Shown here piece after piece: positions 41,137 through 50,968 of a stretch of DNA of 64,000 nucleotides. Position 1 is the stretch's first letter. Every line of letters begins with the position of its first letter. This DNA comes from Armatimonadota bacterium (GTDB lineage Bacteria > Vulcanimicrobiota > JACPDS01 > JBDRKI01): the NCBI GenBank assembly GCA_043814095.1, contig JBDRKI010000099.1, positions 12,342-76,341 on the forward strand, read 5' to 3'. Made by a program: the position numbers and the translations under genes. The notes beneath the pieces were generated by a model, which had not been told where the DNA came from, did no database searches, and saw only the letters and a program-made list of their open reading frames with translations.

Positions 41137-41209
41137 TTATTAATTGAATATTCAGCATAATATAATTCAGGTCTCATCCTGAAATTTGTTTTTTACGGGG
41201 TTATTTATC

Positions 41210-41950
41210 ATGAAGAAGAAACTTTTTAAAATATTCGCACTAACAATTATGGTAAGCATATTAAGCGCGGCTTCAATGTTCGCTGTCTGTTTCGCGGCAG
41301 AAAAAAACACCTGCGTTCTCCCAAATGACTTATCATCGGTAGGGGAGATTGCCTCAAGCATTAATCCTGTAAACATTTACTCCAAAGCAGCCAAAAACTA
41401 CGAAGAATTAAAAAAGACATATAAAAATAAAGAGCACCTGGGAAGAATCGGTTTCGGGAAACCAAAAGTATTAAAACCTATTTATATTTCCTGCTATAAA
41501 ACTCACGCGCTGTCAAACAAACACATAACACTGGCCTCAAGAAGCGGGAATCCCGCGCATTCCCATAAAGTTAAAGTTGATATAGCCCCCCTTATAGAAA
41601 AATACGCGAACAAGTACAAAGTAGACCCGCACCTTGTAAAGGCCATCATGAAAACAGAATCAAACTTTAATCCTTACGCCGTAAGTCCATGGGGAGCCAA
41701 AGGACTTATGCAGTTAATGCCGGCAACGGCAAAATCTCTGGGAGTTACCGATATATTTGACCCCGAGCAGAATATTCATGCAGGAACAAGATACATAAAA
41801 GGGCTTATAGAGAGAATGGGAAATATGACTTTTGCCATAGCCGCATATAACGCAGGGCCGTACAACGTTAAAAAATACGGGGGTGTTCCTCCTTTCGCGG
41901 AAACAAGAAATTTTGTAAGAAAAGTCATGAGGCACTATAATAATAGATAA
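41210..41950 (+). CDS. Soluble lytic murein transglycosylase (SLT domain) with signal peptide
   Basis: SLT motifs ESNFNPYAVSPWGAKGLMQLMPATA and AYNAGPYNV. The likely true start is MKKKLFK at 41210. Confidence 0.75.
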   Translation: MKKKLFKIFALTIMVSILSAASMFAVCFAAEKNTCVLPNDLSSVGEIASSINPVNIYSKAAKNYEELKKTYKNKEHLGRIGFGKPKVLKPIYISCYKTHALSNKHITLASRSGNPAHSHKVKVDIAPLIEKYANKYKVDPHLVKAIMKTESNFNPYAVSPWGAKGLMQLMPATAKSLGVTDIFDPEQNIHAGTRYIKGLIERMGNMTFAIAAYNAGPYNVKKYGGVPPFAETRNFVRKVMRHYNNR

Positions 41951-41975
41951 TTTAAAATAACACTCAAAAGCAAAA

Positions 41976-42008
41976 AGCGGAGCTTAATTTTAAGACTCCG
42001 CTTTTTTA
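41976..42008. terminator. Bidirectional intrinsic terminator between the SLT gene and the Q-rich protein gene
   Basis: AGCGGAG...CTCCGCT stem, flanked by an A-run and TTTTTT. Confidence 0.5.
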
Positions 42009-42029
42009 TATACTCTTATCCTTATTCGT

Positions 42030-42740
42030 TTAATTTTCCGAACAGGGAGGACATGTATTCTGCTGCTGCTGCTGGCCCTGCTGCCACGAAGGATGCGGCT
42101 GATCTCCCGGATGCATAAACAGTACCGCCATGGCCTGTATTGTGCCGCCTGAAAGCTGGCCGCTTACCGTTACCTTGTCACCCTGCCGTATCTGGCTGAT
42201 TGATGAGAACTGTCCGGCGGGCTCGGCTCCGTTCGCAAACGTAGTCATGGGAGATATAACAACATTTAAGGGTCCCTGCTGTGTATTCAGAACAATCGCT
42301 TGCGGCGCCACACTGCTGACTATTCCTCCGGCAAACTGGGGCTGCTGCCCCTGCTGCTGTTGCTGTTCCATGTACTGAGGATAAGTCTGCGGAGATGAAT
42401 TCTGCGGCTGGGCTTTAAACTGGGGCAAAAATATTATTTTCTGCGCCTTAATAGTCTGGGTCTGAAAATTAGCCATACCGGCAACACCGACCATGTCCCC
42501 CGGAGAAATATTGTTAATAGATGCCGGTGCTCCGGTTATTTTATTCGTAATTGTAGCCTGCGGGGAAACATATATGGTGATTCTCTGACCCTGCTGTCCC
42601 GTTAAAATAAGAATTCCCTGCGCGGCATTAACTTCAGCGCATTCCGCGCTTCCTTCAAAATACTGCTCCTGCTGAGCACACGCAAAAGAAACAGAAAGAA
42701 ACAATAAAACAAGACTTAATACAAGTATTTTTTTATACAT
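42030..42740 (-). CDS. Secreted Gln-rich protein with two internally duplicated beta-domains and a C-terminal CPPC motif (function unknown)
   Basis: Signal peptide. The two halves align (ILILTGQQGQRITIYVSP... / IVLNTQQGPLNVVISP...). It has poly-Q linkers and ends NTCPPCSEN. Confidence 0.45.
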   Translation of the reverse strand: MYKKILVLSLVLLFLSVSFACAQQEQYFEGSAECAEVNAAQGILILTGQQGQRITIYVSPQATITNKITGAPASINNISPGDMVGVAGMANFQTQTIKAQKIIFLPQFKAQPQNSSPQTYPQYMEQQQQQGQQPQFAGGIVSSVAPQAIVLNTQQGPLNVVISPMTTFANGAEPAGQFSSISQIRQGDKVTVSGQLSGGTIQAMAVLFMHPGDQPHPSWQQGQQQQQNTCPPCSEN

Positions 42741-42920
42741 ACTTCCTCCCTGTAAATAAATTTAATTCTTATAAATTCTAATAAACTGATTAAAATCCTT
42801 TGAAATTATATTGTGAATATTTTTCAAAAAAATATAAAATTTGGAAGGTTTTGCTTTAACAAAAGTATAATTTATTATAATAATTAAATTTAAACAATAA
42901 AAACAGGAGGTTAATTTTTT

Positions 42921-44132
42921 ATGAAAAAAATTACTTTTAAATTTCTTTTGCTGGCATTAATAATGACTTTTTCCGTCTTTATTATATCCGGCTGTGCGGT
43001 AGTTGAAACATCAACAGGCACAACTTCCGCCGTAACATCAGCAATCAAAATAATAGCGGCGGGACAGTTCAGCTCCTTTAACGGCAGCTCTTATAACAAC
43101 TTAGTTCAGCTTGATGATACCGGCACTATTGACGGTAATTTTAATGCGGGAACAGGTCCTGCCGGACCTGTTTATACAACAGCTTTACAGGATGACAAAA
43201 AAGTAGTCATCGGCGGATTCTTCACTTCGTTCAACGGAGATACTCATAATTACATAGCCCGAATTCTTGCAAACGGCACGATTGACGAAGATTTTTCGTC
43301 CGGCACAGGCGCGAATTCCTTCATAACCACAATGGCTCTGCAAAATGACGGAAAAATACTGATCTGCGGGATGTTTACAACATATAACGGAACAGCAAGG
43401 GTAAGAATAGCAAGACTAAATGCCGACGGGACACTGGATACGAATTTTGATCCCGGAGACGGCGCAAACCAGAGAATAAACTCAATCGCGCTACAAACCA
43501 ACGGGAGCATACTCATCGGCGGTATATTCACGGCATACAACGGAACTGCAAGAGCCATGCTGGCCAGAGTAAATCCCGACGGAACTCTTGATGCGGCATT
43601 TGATCCCGGTACTGGCGCTAACAACAATGTTAGCTCAATAAATGTATTAAGCGACGGAAAAATACTGATTACCGGAGCATTCACAACCTACAACGGGACA
43701 ACCGTTAACAGAATCGCCAGACTTAATGTAGACGGCACCATTGACAACACCTTTAATAACGGCGGAGCGGGAGCCAACGATTCTATCAGGTCAGCGGCAG
43801 TATTAAGCGACGGAAGCATCATAATATGCGGCATATTTACAACATATAACGGAACAGCAAGATCAAGAGTGGCAAAGTTAAGCTCAGACGGCACGCTCAA
43901 TGAAGATTTTGATCCCGGCACAGGCGCTGATGCTGAAGTTAATACCTTAAAAGTACAGAGTACCGGCAAAATACTGATCGGCGGTGACTTTACAAATTAC
44001 AACAGAACAGACATAAACAGGATAGCCAGACTAAATGCCGACGGGACCCTTGATACAAGCTTTAATCCCGGCACGGGAGCATCAACGGATTCTGACTGGA
44101 TATATACAATCCAGACAACAACTTCAACTTAA
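42921..44132 (+). CDS. Lipoprotein made of about seven ~47 aa delta-60-type repeats (predicted beta-propeller)
   Basis: Lipobox ISGC. The repeats are regular: GT(I/L)DxxF(N/D)xGTGAN..I.....Q.DGKILIGG.FT.YNGT.R.RIARLN.DGTLD, 7 times with ~47-48 aa period. A strong RBS AGGAGG lies at 42908. Confidence 0.6.
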   Translation: MKKITFKFLLLALIMTFSVFIISGCAVVETSTGTTSAVTSAIKIIAAGQFSSFNGSSYNNLVQLDDTGTIDGNFNAGTGPAGPVYTTALQDDKKVVIGGFFTSFNGDTHNYIARILANGTIDEDFSSGTGANSFITTMALQNDGKILICGMFTTYNGTARVRIARLNADGTLDTNFDPGDGANQRINSIALQTNGSILIGGIFTAYNGTARAMLARVNPDGTLDAAFDPGTGANNNVSSINVLSDGKILITGAFTTYNGTTVNRIARLNVDGTIDNTFNNGGAGANDSIRSAAVLSDGSIIICGIFTTYNGTARSRVAKLSSDGTLNEDFDPGTGADAEVNTLKVQSTGKILIGGDFTNYNRTDINRIARLNADGTLDTSFNPGTGASTDSDWIYTIQTTTST

Positions 44133-44166
44133 TTAATTTCTTAAGTTAAATATATATTTATCAGTC

Positions 44167-44190
44167 AAAGACGCGCTTTTGCGCGTCTTT
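44167..44190 (+). terminator. Hairpin terminator after the delta-60 repeat gene
   Basis: AAGACGCGC-TTTT-GCGCGTCTT perfect 9 bp stem. Confidence 0.4.
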
Positions 44191-44242
44191 GCATTAAAAT
44201 CCTTAATATTTTCTGTTTTATATGTAATATTTAAAAAAACTC

Positions 44243-44271
44243 TTGACCTTTTTGTAAAATTAAATTATAAT
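44243..44271 (+). promoter_or_regulatory. Sigma70-type promoter of the tRNA operon (TTGACC - 17 bp - TATAAT)
   Basis: TTGACC at 44243..44248, TATAAT at 44266..44271. A second TATAAT lies 5 nt before the first tRNA. Confidence 0.5.
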
Positions 44272-44315
44272 TTGAATCTGTTACAGGATTATAAATTATA
44301 GTATAATTTATATGC

Positions 44316-44390
<75 letters not shown>

Positions 44391-44399
44391 TAACAACAT

Positions 44400-44475
44400 G
44401 GCCTCGTCGTCTAACGGTTAGGACATCACCCTTTCACGGTGAAGATTGCGGGTTCGAATCCCGCCGAGGTCACCA
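44400..44475 (+). tRNA. tRNA-Glu (anticodon TTC)
   Basis: Acceptor GGCCTCG/CGAGGTC, anticodon stem TCACC/GGTGA, loop CTTTCAC, T-loop TTCGAAT, CCA encoded. It closely parallels bacterial tRNA-Glu. Confidence 0.8.
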
Positions 44476-44486
44476 TATTTTTATAA

Positions 44487-44561
44487 GGGCGGATAGCTCA
44501 GCGGGAGAGCATCTCGTTTACACCGAGGAGGTCGCAGGTTCAATCCCTGCTCCGCCCACCA
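44487..44561 (+). tRNA. tRNA-Val (anticodon TAC)
   Basis: Acceptor GGGCGGA/TCCGCCC, D-stem GCTC/GAGC, anticodon stem TCTCG/CGAGG, loop TTTACAC, T-loop TTCAATC, CCA encoded. Confidence 0.8.
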
Positions 44562-44577
44562 CAATGAAAATACAAAA

Positions 44578-44606
44578 AAGACTGTCTTAAAAAGACAGTC
44601 TTTTTA
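44578..44606. terminator. Bidirectional intrinsic terminator after the tRNA cluster
   Basis: Perfect inverted repeat AAGACTGTCTT-AAA-AAGACAGTCTT, flanked by AAAAAA and TTTTT. Confidence 0.6.
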
Positions 44607-44628
44607 TATCAATAATATTTAAGAAACT

Positions 44629-44919
44629 TTATGCCCCAAGCATATCCTTTATTAAGCTTTTTAACTCAACATTGCTAGTTTTCGCGTATATTTCAAAAAT
44701 ATCAATAAGCCTGACATTGCTAATCAATGAAGGATTCTCTTTTTTTATCTCTTCTTTTACTTTTGTGAGCTTGTCTAAAAAATTTAACTTTGCTTCGGCA
44801 TACCTGATTTGTTTTTTTCTTGAATATTTTCCAGGACCCATAAAATATTCGGGGATAGTTTCATAATTTTTAACGCCTGTATCCATAAAGCCACCACCCC
44901 TTCTTTTCATATTATACAT
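44629..44919 (-). CDS. Hypothetical small basic protein (96 aa)
   Basis: ORF only. No motif I recognise. Confidence 0.3.
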   Translation of the reverse strand: MYNMKRRGGGFMDTGVKNYETIPEYFMGPGKYSRKKQIRYAEAKLNFLDKLTKVKEEIKKENPSLISNVRLIDIFEIYAKTSNVELKSLIKDMLGA

Positions 44920-44962
44920 ATATCATACCAGAAATCACATATTTACACAATAACACATTAAA

Positions 44963-46384
44963 TTATCCGCGCAGATTGTTAATTAGCGACCTTGTCATAT
45001 TTAATATTTTTGGGGGCATATTTCTTGAAATTATGCCTTTTAAGCAGTAAATTATGTTTGAAAGAAGAGGCCTTCTGCCCTTATATATATTATAATAAAA
45101 CCAGTCAAATTCTTTCTGGATCTTATGCCTTGAAAATCCGGGAAGATCAAGAAATGCTTTTTTTCTTTCCATTCCCGTGTAGGAATTATTGCTTATTAAT
45201 CCTTGTTCTTCGCATAAATTATAAAGTTCGGTGCCGGGATAGGGGTAAAAGATGCCTAATCTGGCTTCATCGGGAGAACATTCTCTGGCGCATTGTATTG
45301 TTTCTTTAAAATCACACGGGGTTTCGGTTGGAAGCCCGACCATCATATACAGATTTACTTTAAGCCCGGCGACCCTTGCTTGTTTAACCGCCTTTATTAT
45401 ATCTTCATTAGAATAACGCCTCTTGAGTATTTCTTCCCTGATTCTTCCGTTCCCTGATTCCAGTCCTATATTTACAAATTCAAAATTTGCTTTCTTTAAT
45501 GAGTTAAAAAGCCCCGAATAATCAACACCCGGGATTATTCTTAAATTTGCTCCGTAACTTAATTTATTTTTAACCGTTCTGTTAAATTCTTCAAGTTCTG
45601 AACATAAGTTTAGGGCAAACTCCGTATTTACTCCTATAGTTTCTATCTCAAAATATATACAGCTTGAGTTCGGGAATAATCTCAAAAGATCTTTTATCTC
45701 TTTTAATATATTGCCCGGGGACATTAACCTTACATACCGGCCCCTAGCAAGCCCGGCCAGCACATGGTTACAGCAGTACGTACACCGGAAGGGACACCCT
45801 CTTCCTATAAGAACAGGTTGGGTGGATTTTACATCTTTAATACATTTTGCCCAAATCTTTCTGTCAGGAAAAGGTAATTTACCTAAATCCTGGAGAAAAT
45901 CCCTTACAGGATTTTTTTCTATCTCCCTTCCTTGTTTAATCCATAAATTCTTTATTCTTGACGGCTTTTGATCTTTTTCCAGCTGTTCTACAAGCTCCAG
46001 AACCGGGTATTCACCCTCCCCTATACATAAAGCATCAAATGGATCTTTTATTACTTCATCGGGATTTAAGGATACATGCGGGCCGCCTGCTATAAGGTAA
46101 ATGCCGGGGTATTTCATTTTTATATATCCGGCTGTTTTGGAAATAAAATCATATTCGGTGGCAAGAGCGGTGAAACATATTAATTTTGGATTAAATTCTT
46201 TTACAGTTTTATCTATTAATTTTTCTTTGTCTTTTAACCCCAGAACAAGCAGATCGGTATTATGACCGTTAAGCTTTAAAACAGATGAGATATACGATAT
46301 CCCCATCCTTATATCTATCCAGTGACCTAAAGGCTTAATCGGGTCCGTATAATCTAATGATCCTGTTATGAATAATATATTCAT
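44963..46384 (-). CDS. B12-binding domain-containing radical SAM protein (class B rSAM)
   Basis: N-terminal cobalamin-binding-like Rossmann region (ILFITGSLDYTD). The radical SAM cluster motif CPFRCTYC (CxxxCxxC) follows. Confidence 0.65.
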   Translation of the reverse strand: MNILFITGSLDYTDPIKPLGHWIDIRMGISYISSVLKLNGHNTDLLVLGLKDKEKLIDKTVKEFNPKLICFTALATEYDFISKTAGYIKMKYPGIYLIAGGPHVSLNPDEVIKDPFDALCIGEGEYPVLELVEQLEKDQKPSRIKNLWIKQGREIEKNPVRDFLQDLGKLPFPDRKIWAKCIKDVKSTQPVLIGRGCPFRCTYCCNHVLAGLARGRYVRLMSPGNILKEIKDLLRLFPNSSCIYFEIETIGVNTEFALNLCSELEEFNRTVKNKLSYGANLRIIPGVDYSGLFNSLKKANFEFVNIGLESGNGRIREEILKRRYSNEDIIKAVKQARVAGLKVNLYMMVGLPTETPCDFKETIQCARECSPDEARLGIFYPYPGTELYNLCEEQGLISNNSYTGMERKKAFLDLPGFSRHKIQKEFDWFYYNIYKGRRPLLSNIIYCLKGIISRNMPPKILNMTRSLINNLRG

Positions 46385-46538
46385 TAATTTTATCCCCTAC
46401 TATATTATAACTGTTAAATTTTTTATATGAAAGGATTTATCCTTTTTATTTCATATAAATATAATTATGGAAGGATTTTATTATTTTTTAAAGAAAACTT
46501 TTAAACTTATATAAATTTAAAAAGGAGGACAACAAGCC

Positions 46539-47675
46539 ATGAAAAGATTTTATACTTTCTTCGCGTTCATAGCGGTGCTTGCCGGTATCGGCATCCTGCT
46601 CTACGGATGCGGCGGAGTGGCAAGTTCACTGCTTACCGCTACCAACTCCGGCGCGATAGCCCTGACCGCGACACTGACAGGAGCCGCGGCAAGGTCCGTA
46701 AGCCCGGTATCAAAATCAATAAAAGCGGCGGGCGACATGGATGATTATTCCTACTGCCATGACAATCCATGGTATCTAGACAAGCTCCAGATACCCAGCT
46801 CTTACAAAGTAGGGCTCGGAGAAACAAAAATTATGCAGGAAGACGATTATAATTCCGCCACGGCACATACTTTCAGCCTGGGCAATGTAAACGGAGAAGC
46901 CGTATCTGTTTCCAATCCTTTTGTTGTAGATATGACCTCCGGAACATTTACAATATCAAGCGGCCAGTCCCTGCCCACACCGGGAACTTACACTCACATG
47001 GGAAATACGATTGCTTATATAGAGCAGACACTTACCGGAGCCCTTGACCCTATCAACCCGTCAGAAGTTTCAACGGGGAGATTGAGGGTATATCCCTCAA
47101 CAGTCAATGGTATCCAGGCAGGAGACATACTGCTTTATGACGCAGATGAAGGATGGTGCTGGATAAACAGAACAACATACGCATTGACACCCATAACTTC
47201 ACCAAGACCGGGCGGCTCTGCATCGGGCTGGGATTATCCCCATATCGGGAACATGATAACCGGCGAACCGACAGTTGAAACAGGCGTTGAAGTAATCCAG
47301 GACTCATTCTGGTCATTAAGAACAACAAACAACTTGCCTACATTCATGGCGGCAGAAGCAGCGGCCCTGGCCGCAAACGGCTATGTATTCAAAGACACAA
47401 TGGCGCTGGGAACCCCAATTACAATCGCAGCCGGAAATTCTTATACATTAACTCTTGATTTTGATATTTCAGCAACTGTTGACGGATACTTCACGGGCGC
47501 CATGGCAGTACCCGGCGAAACAGGCACATTCTTCTGGGATGACGCCTTTGCCGACGGCTACTTTAAACCATTCCTGGCATTCGCGTCGGGCGGCGACCAG
47601 ACAGACGGAAACGGATCCCCGGGATTCCATCCCCTGCCGCCGACAATTACGGCAACAGCGACATCTACTAATTAA
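46539..47675 (+). CDS. Hypothetical lipoprotein, Gly/Thr/Ala-rich, with a GC-rich coding sequence
   Basis: Signal peptide with lipobox LYGCGG. I found no recognisable domain. Local GC is clearly above that of the neighbouring genes. Confidence 0.5.
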   Translation: MKRFYTFFAFIAVLAGIGILLYGCGGVASSLLTATNSGAIALTATLTGAAARSVSPVSKSIKAAGDMDDYSYCHDNPWYLDKLQIPSSYKVGLGETKIMQEDDYNSATAHTFSLGNVNGEAVSVSNPFVVDMTSGTFTISSGQSLPTPGTYTHMGNTIAYIEQTLTGALDPINPSEVSTGRLRVYPSTVNGIQAGDILLYDADEGWCWINRTTYALTPITSPRPGGSASGWDYPHIGNMITGEPTVETGVEVIQDSFWSLRTTNNLPTFMAAEAAALAANGYVFKDTMALGTPITIAAGNSYTLTLDFDISATVDGYFTGAMAVPGETGTFFWDDAFADGYFKPFLAFASGGDQTDGNGSPGFHPLPPTITATATSTN

Positions 47676-47689
47676 TTAATAAATTTACC

Positions 47690-47728
47690 AAAAAAACCGT
47701 CCCTATTTTTCGGGACGGTTTTTTTTAT
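47690..47728. terminator. Bidirectional intrinsic terminator
   Basis: AAAAAAACCGTCCC-tattttt-GGGACGGTTTTTTTT. Confidence 0.6.
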
Positions 47729-47751
47729 TTCTCACATAATTATTTATAATG

Positions 47752-48201
47752 CTATATTTTTATTGTAAAATTCATCTTGTAAGTTTTAACGCCGGGGAAG
47801 ACCTGCAGTTTTAGTTTCGTTTTTGCCTCTATCTGTTTTAAAATATCTTTTAATCTTTTCTTTGAGGAAGCAGATACCGTAAACCATATATTGTATTCTC
47901 CGTCCCTTAAAAAATTATGCGTAACTTCCGGAAACTTATTTATAATCTCCGCTGTCTTTTTAATTTTACTGCCGGATACCGCGCATGCGGCAAGAACAAC
48001 CTTTCTTCCGGTTTTATCCGAATTAAAGCTGGGTGTAATACGCCTTATCAGGCCTTTTTTCTTAAACTTTTTTATAATATCAATTACTTTTGCTTCCGTT
48101 ATGTTAACTTTTTCGGATATCTTCTTATAGGGACGTTCCGTTACGGGAAAATCGTCCTGCAGAATATTCAAAAGTTTTTTTTCCATGGAAGTAAATTTCA
48201 T
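47752..48201 (-). CDS. ahbB: Siroheme decarboxylase subunit (AhbA/AhbB, NirD/L/G/H family, Lrp/AsnC-like)
   Basis: LLNILQDDFPVTERPY...IRRI...THNFLRDGEYNIWFT: the characteristic family pattern, in 149 aa. Confidence 0.6.
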   Translation of the reverse strand: MKFTSMEKKLLNILQDDFPVTERPYKKISEKVNITEAKVIDIIKKFKKKGLIRRITPSFNSDKTGRKVVLAACAVSGSKIKKTAEIINKFPEVTHNFLRDGEYNIWFTVSASSKKRLKDILKQIEAKTKLKLQVFPGVKTYKMNFTIKI

Positions 48202-48204
48202 ATC

Positions 48205-49206
48205 CTATCCTTTCGCGCTCATAATACAGAACGGATCCTGCATAAGATAATCGCCGTAAACAGCGTAAGCGTGAGCGCGGCATCCCCCGCATATATTCTT
48301 ACTGTCGCAGGAAGCGCAGCTCCCTTTTAAGTCCTGAAGGCGCAGCTCATTGAACAATCTGCTTTCTGTCCATATCCTGCTGAATTTTTTATCCCTGACA
48401 TTACCGGCGCTCACCGGCAGATAAGGGCACGGGTGGACTTCCCCTCCGGGGAGAATAACACAGTATGAGGCTCCGGCAAGACAACCCTTTGTATAAGGAA
48501 GATTAAGCCCCGCTTTTTTCGCAATACGCATAAATGAAGGCGCGCATGTGGGTTTTATCTCTATTTCTATTTCCTTATTCTTAATTTTTCTCGCTATATT
48601 TTCCAGCAGCTTCTCCTGGTCTTCAGGCGATATCTGATCAGAAGTTATGTCTTTGCCCCGTCCGGCGCCTACAAGAAAGAAAAGATGGTGGGCCCGCGCG
48701 CCGCATTTTACGGCAAAATCCGTAATTTTATCTATCTGATTTATATTATCCTTTGTAACCGTTGTGTGGATCTGGAATTCTAAATTTATTTTCTTTAAAT
48801 TTTCCATTGCAAGAAGCGCCTTTTTAAAAGCGCCTTCAGATTTTCTAAACGCGTCGTGCTCTTTTTCCGATATAGAATCCATGCTTATGCCCGCTCTTTT
48901 TAAGCCGGAGCGTTTCAGCTCCAGGGCAACTTCCCTGTTTATAAGGGTGCCGTTTGTCCCGAGGACAACCCTTAATCCTTTATCCGAAGCGTATTTTATT
49001 ATCCGGAAAATATCTTTTCTTAGAAGAGGCTCCCCTCCGCTTAATATTAAAATTTTAAAACCGCATAATACAATCTCATCAACCAAAGACAAAGCTTCCT
49101 GTGTTGTAAGCTCGTCGTGAGAAGGCGAGCCTGCGTCCCTGTAGCAGTGAACACAGTTAAGGTTGCATGCTTTTGTTATGTTCCATGAAATAATTACAGG
49201 CTGCAT
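48205..49206 (-). CDS. Radical SAM protein of the AhbC/AhbD/NirJ type (alternative heme biosynthesis)
   Basis: CNLNCVHC (CxxxCxxC) radical SAM motif, a C-terminal Cys-rich SPASM-like region, and neighbours ahbA/B-like and hemB. Confidence 0.55.
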   Translation of the reverse strand: MQPVIISWNITKACNLNCVHCYRDAGSPSHDELTTQEALSLVDEIVLCGFKILILSGGEPLLRKDIFRIIKYASDKGLRVVLGTNGTLINREVALELKRSGLKRAGISMDSISEKEHDAFRKSEGAFKKALLAMENLKKINLEFQIHTTVTKDNINQIDKITDFAVKCGARAHHLFFLVGAGRGKDITSDQISPEDQEKLLENIARKIKNKEIEIEIKPTCAPSFMRIAKKAGLNLPYTKGCLAGASYCVILPGGEVHPCPYLPVSAGNVRDKKFSRIWTESRLFNELRLQDLKGSCASCDSKNICGGCRAHAYAVYGDYLMQDPFCIMSAKG

Positions 49207-49207
49207 A

Positions 49208-50179
49208 TTATTTTAACCAGACTGCCGCATCTTTAGCGTGATAAGTTAAGATTATATCCGCGCCGGCCCTTTTTATAGAATGAAGGATCTCCATGACGAT
49301 TTTTCTTTCATCAACCCACTCGCGTTGGGCGGCGGCCTTTACCATTGAATACTCGCCGCTTACATTGTATGCGGCTATTGGATGCATAAATCTCTGCTTT
49401 GCCTCTTTTATGACATCAAGGTAAGCAAGCGCAGGCTTTACCATAACAATATCGGCCCCTTCTTCTATATCAAGAGAAATCTCCCTTAACGCCTCCCTTA
49501 TATTACAGCCGTTCATCTGGTATGACTTCCTGTCGCCGAAAGAAGGCGCGGAACCGGCGGCTTCCCTGAAAGGCCCGTAAAAAGAGCTCGCGTATTTTGC
49601 CGCGTAAGAAAGTATGCCTACATTATCAAAGCCGTTATCATCAAGAGCTTCCCTTATAACGGCGACTCTCCCGTCCATCATGTCGGACGGGGCAACCATA
49701 TCAACCCCGGCTTTTGCCTGCGCTATCGCGATCCTCGCAAGATAATCAAGCGTTCTGTCATTATCAACTTTCCCGCCGTCTATAATCCCGCAGTGCCCGT
49801 GGGATGTATATTCGCACATGCAGATATCCCCTATTACGAGAAGATTCAACTTCTCTTTTTTTAATGCGCGGACGGCCTGCTGTATGATGCCTTCATCGCT
49901 CCATGCGTCAGAACCCTCATCGTCTTTTTCCGGGGGTATCCCGAAAAGAATAATCGCGGGTATTCCCAAAGATTCAACTTCTTTGACTTCTTCAATGAGT
50001 TTATCAACGGAAAAGTGATAACACCCCGGCATAGCTTGAATCTCTTTCTTAATACCGGTGCCCGGGACAACAAATAAAGGATAAATAAAATCCTTAACGC
50101 TTAAGTTTGTTTCCGAGACCATCTCCCTTAATATCGGATTTTCTCTTAATCTTCTCATCCTGGTATCCGGAAATCCCAT
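49208..50179 (-). CDS. hemB: Porphobilinogen synthase (delta-aminolevulinate dehydratase)
   Basis: [14 protein letters not shown]...DFIYPLFV N-terminus, 323 aa. Confidence 0.85.
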   Translation of the reverse strand: MGFPDTRMRRLRENPILREMVSETNLSVKDFIYPLFVVPGTGIKKEIQAMPGCYHFSVDKLIEEVKEVESLGIPAIILFGIPPEKDDEGSDAWSDEGIIQQAVRALKKEKLNLLVIGDICMCEYTSHGHCGIIDGGKVDNDRTLDYLARIAIAQAKAGVDMVAPSDMMDGRVAVIREALDDNGFDNVGILSYAAKYASSFYGPFREAAGSAPSFGDRKSYQMNGCNIREALREISLDIEEGADIVMVKPALAYLDVIKEAKQRFMHPIAAYNVSGEYSMVKAAAQREWVDERKIVMEILHSIKRAGADIILTYHAKDAAVWLK

Positions 50180-50188
50180 AAATACCTC

Positions 50189-50944
50189 CTAGTTAATTTT
50201 CAACTTCGCGAATTCCCTTAAAGCTTCCAGCTCTTCCATTTTATTTATTCCTATGCACGCCGAATGAATAAATTCCTTATCCAGCGCGAACTTTACCGCT
50301 TCTTCAAACTTATGCGCCGTTCTGCCTTCGCCCAGCACTTTCATGACATAAATACCCTTGCCGTTTCCGTGCGCTACCTTTAGGGCATTATCATAATCCC
50401 GTATCCCGGCGTCCATATGATCTTCGTCTATATTGTAATTTGTCATAATAACATCAATCTCCGAAAGGTTAACCAGAAATTCCAGTATATCTATGGAGTG
50501 GGTAGATGCGCCGACCGCCTTAATAATTCCTTCTTTTTTAAATTTATGCAGTTCACTTAAAGCGCTTGACCTGTCCATGTAATCCTGCATGTCATCAACT
50601 TCATGCATAAGCATTATATCTATATAGTCCGTGTTCAATTCTTTCAGTGATTCTTCAACGCCGAGACGCATATCTTCGCCTGTCTGAGCGTGAGATTTCG
50701 TGGCAATTATAACTTTATCCCTTTTTACCGTCTTAAGGGCTTCGGCAATATGCGGGTGAGTACCGTAATCATCTGATGTGTCCCAGAAATTCATGCCGAA
50801 ATCAATGCTCCTGGCGAGTATAATGCCGTAATATTCGCAGGATACATCCGCCTGCGAGCTTCTGCCTCCGACGCCGTATGTCCCGGTGCCTATACAGAGC
50901 CGGGGAACTTCTATGCCGGTATTCCCGAATTTTACTTTGTTCAT
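50189..50944 (-). CDS. Aldo/keto reductase family oxidoreductase
   Basis: FGNTGIEVPRLCIGTGTYG...FWDTSDDYG AKR pattern. Confidence 0.65.
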   Translation of the reverse strand: MNKVKFGNTGIEVPRLCIGTGTYGVGGRSSQADVSCEYYGIILARSIDFGMNFWDTSDDYGTHPHIAEALKTVKRDKVIIATKSHAQTGEDMRLGVEESLKELNTDYIDIMLMHEVDDMQDYMDRSSALSELHKFKKEGIIKAVGASTHSIDILEFLVNLSEIDVIMTNYNIDEDHMDAGIRDYDNALKVAHGNGKGIYVMKVLGEGRTAHKFEEAVKFALDKEFIHSACIGINKMEELEALREFAKLKIN

Positions 50945-50968
50945 GATCCTGCTCCGCGGAATAAATAT

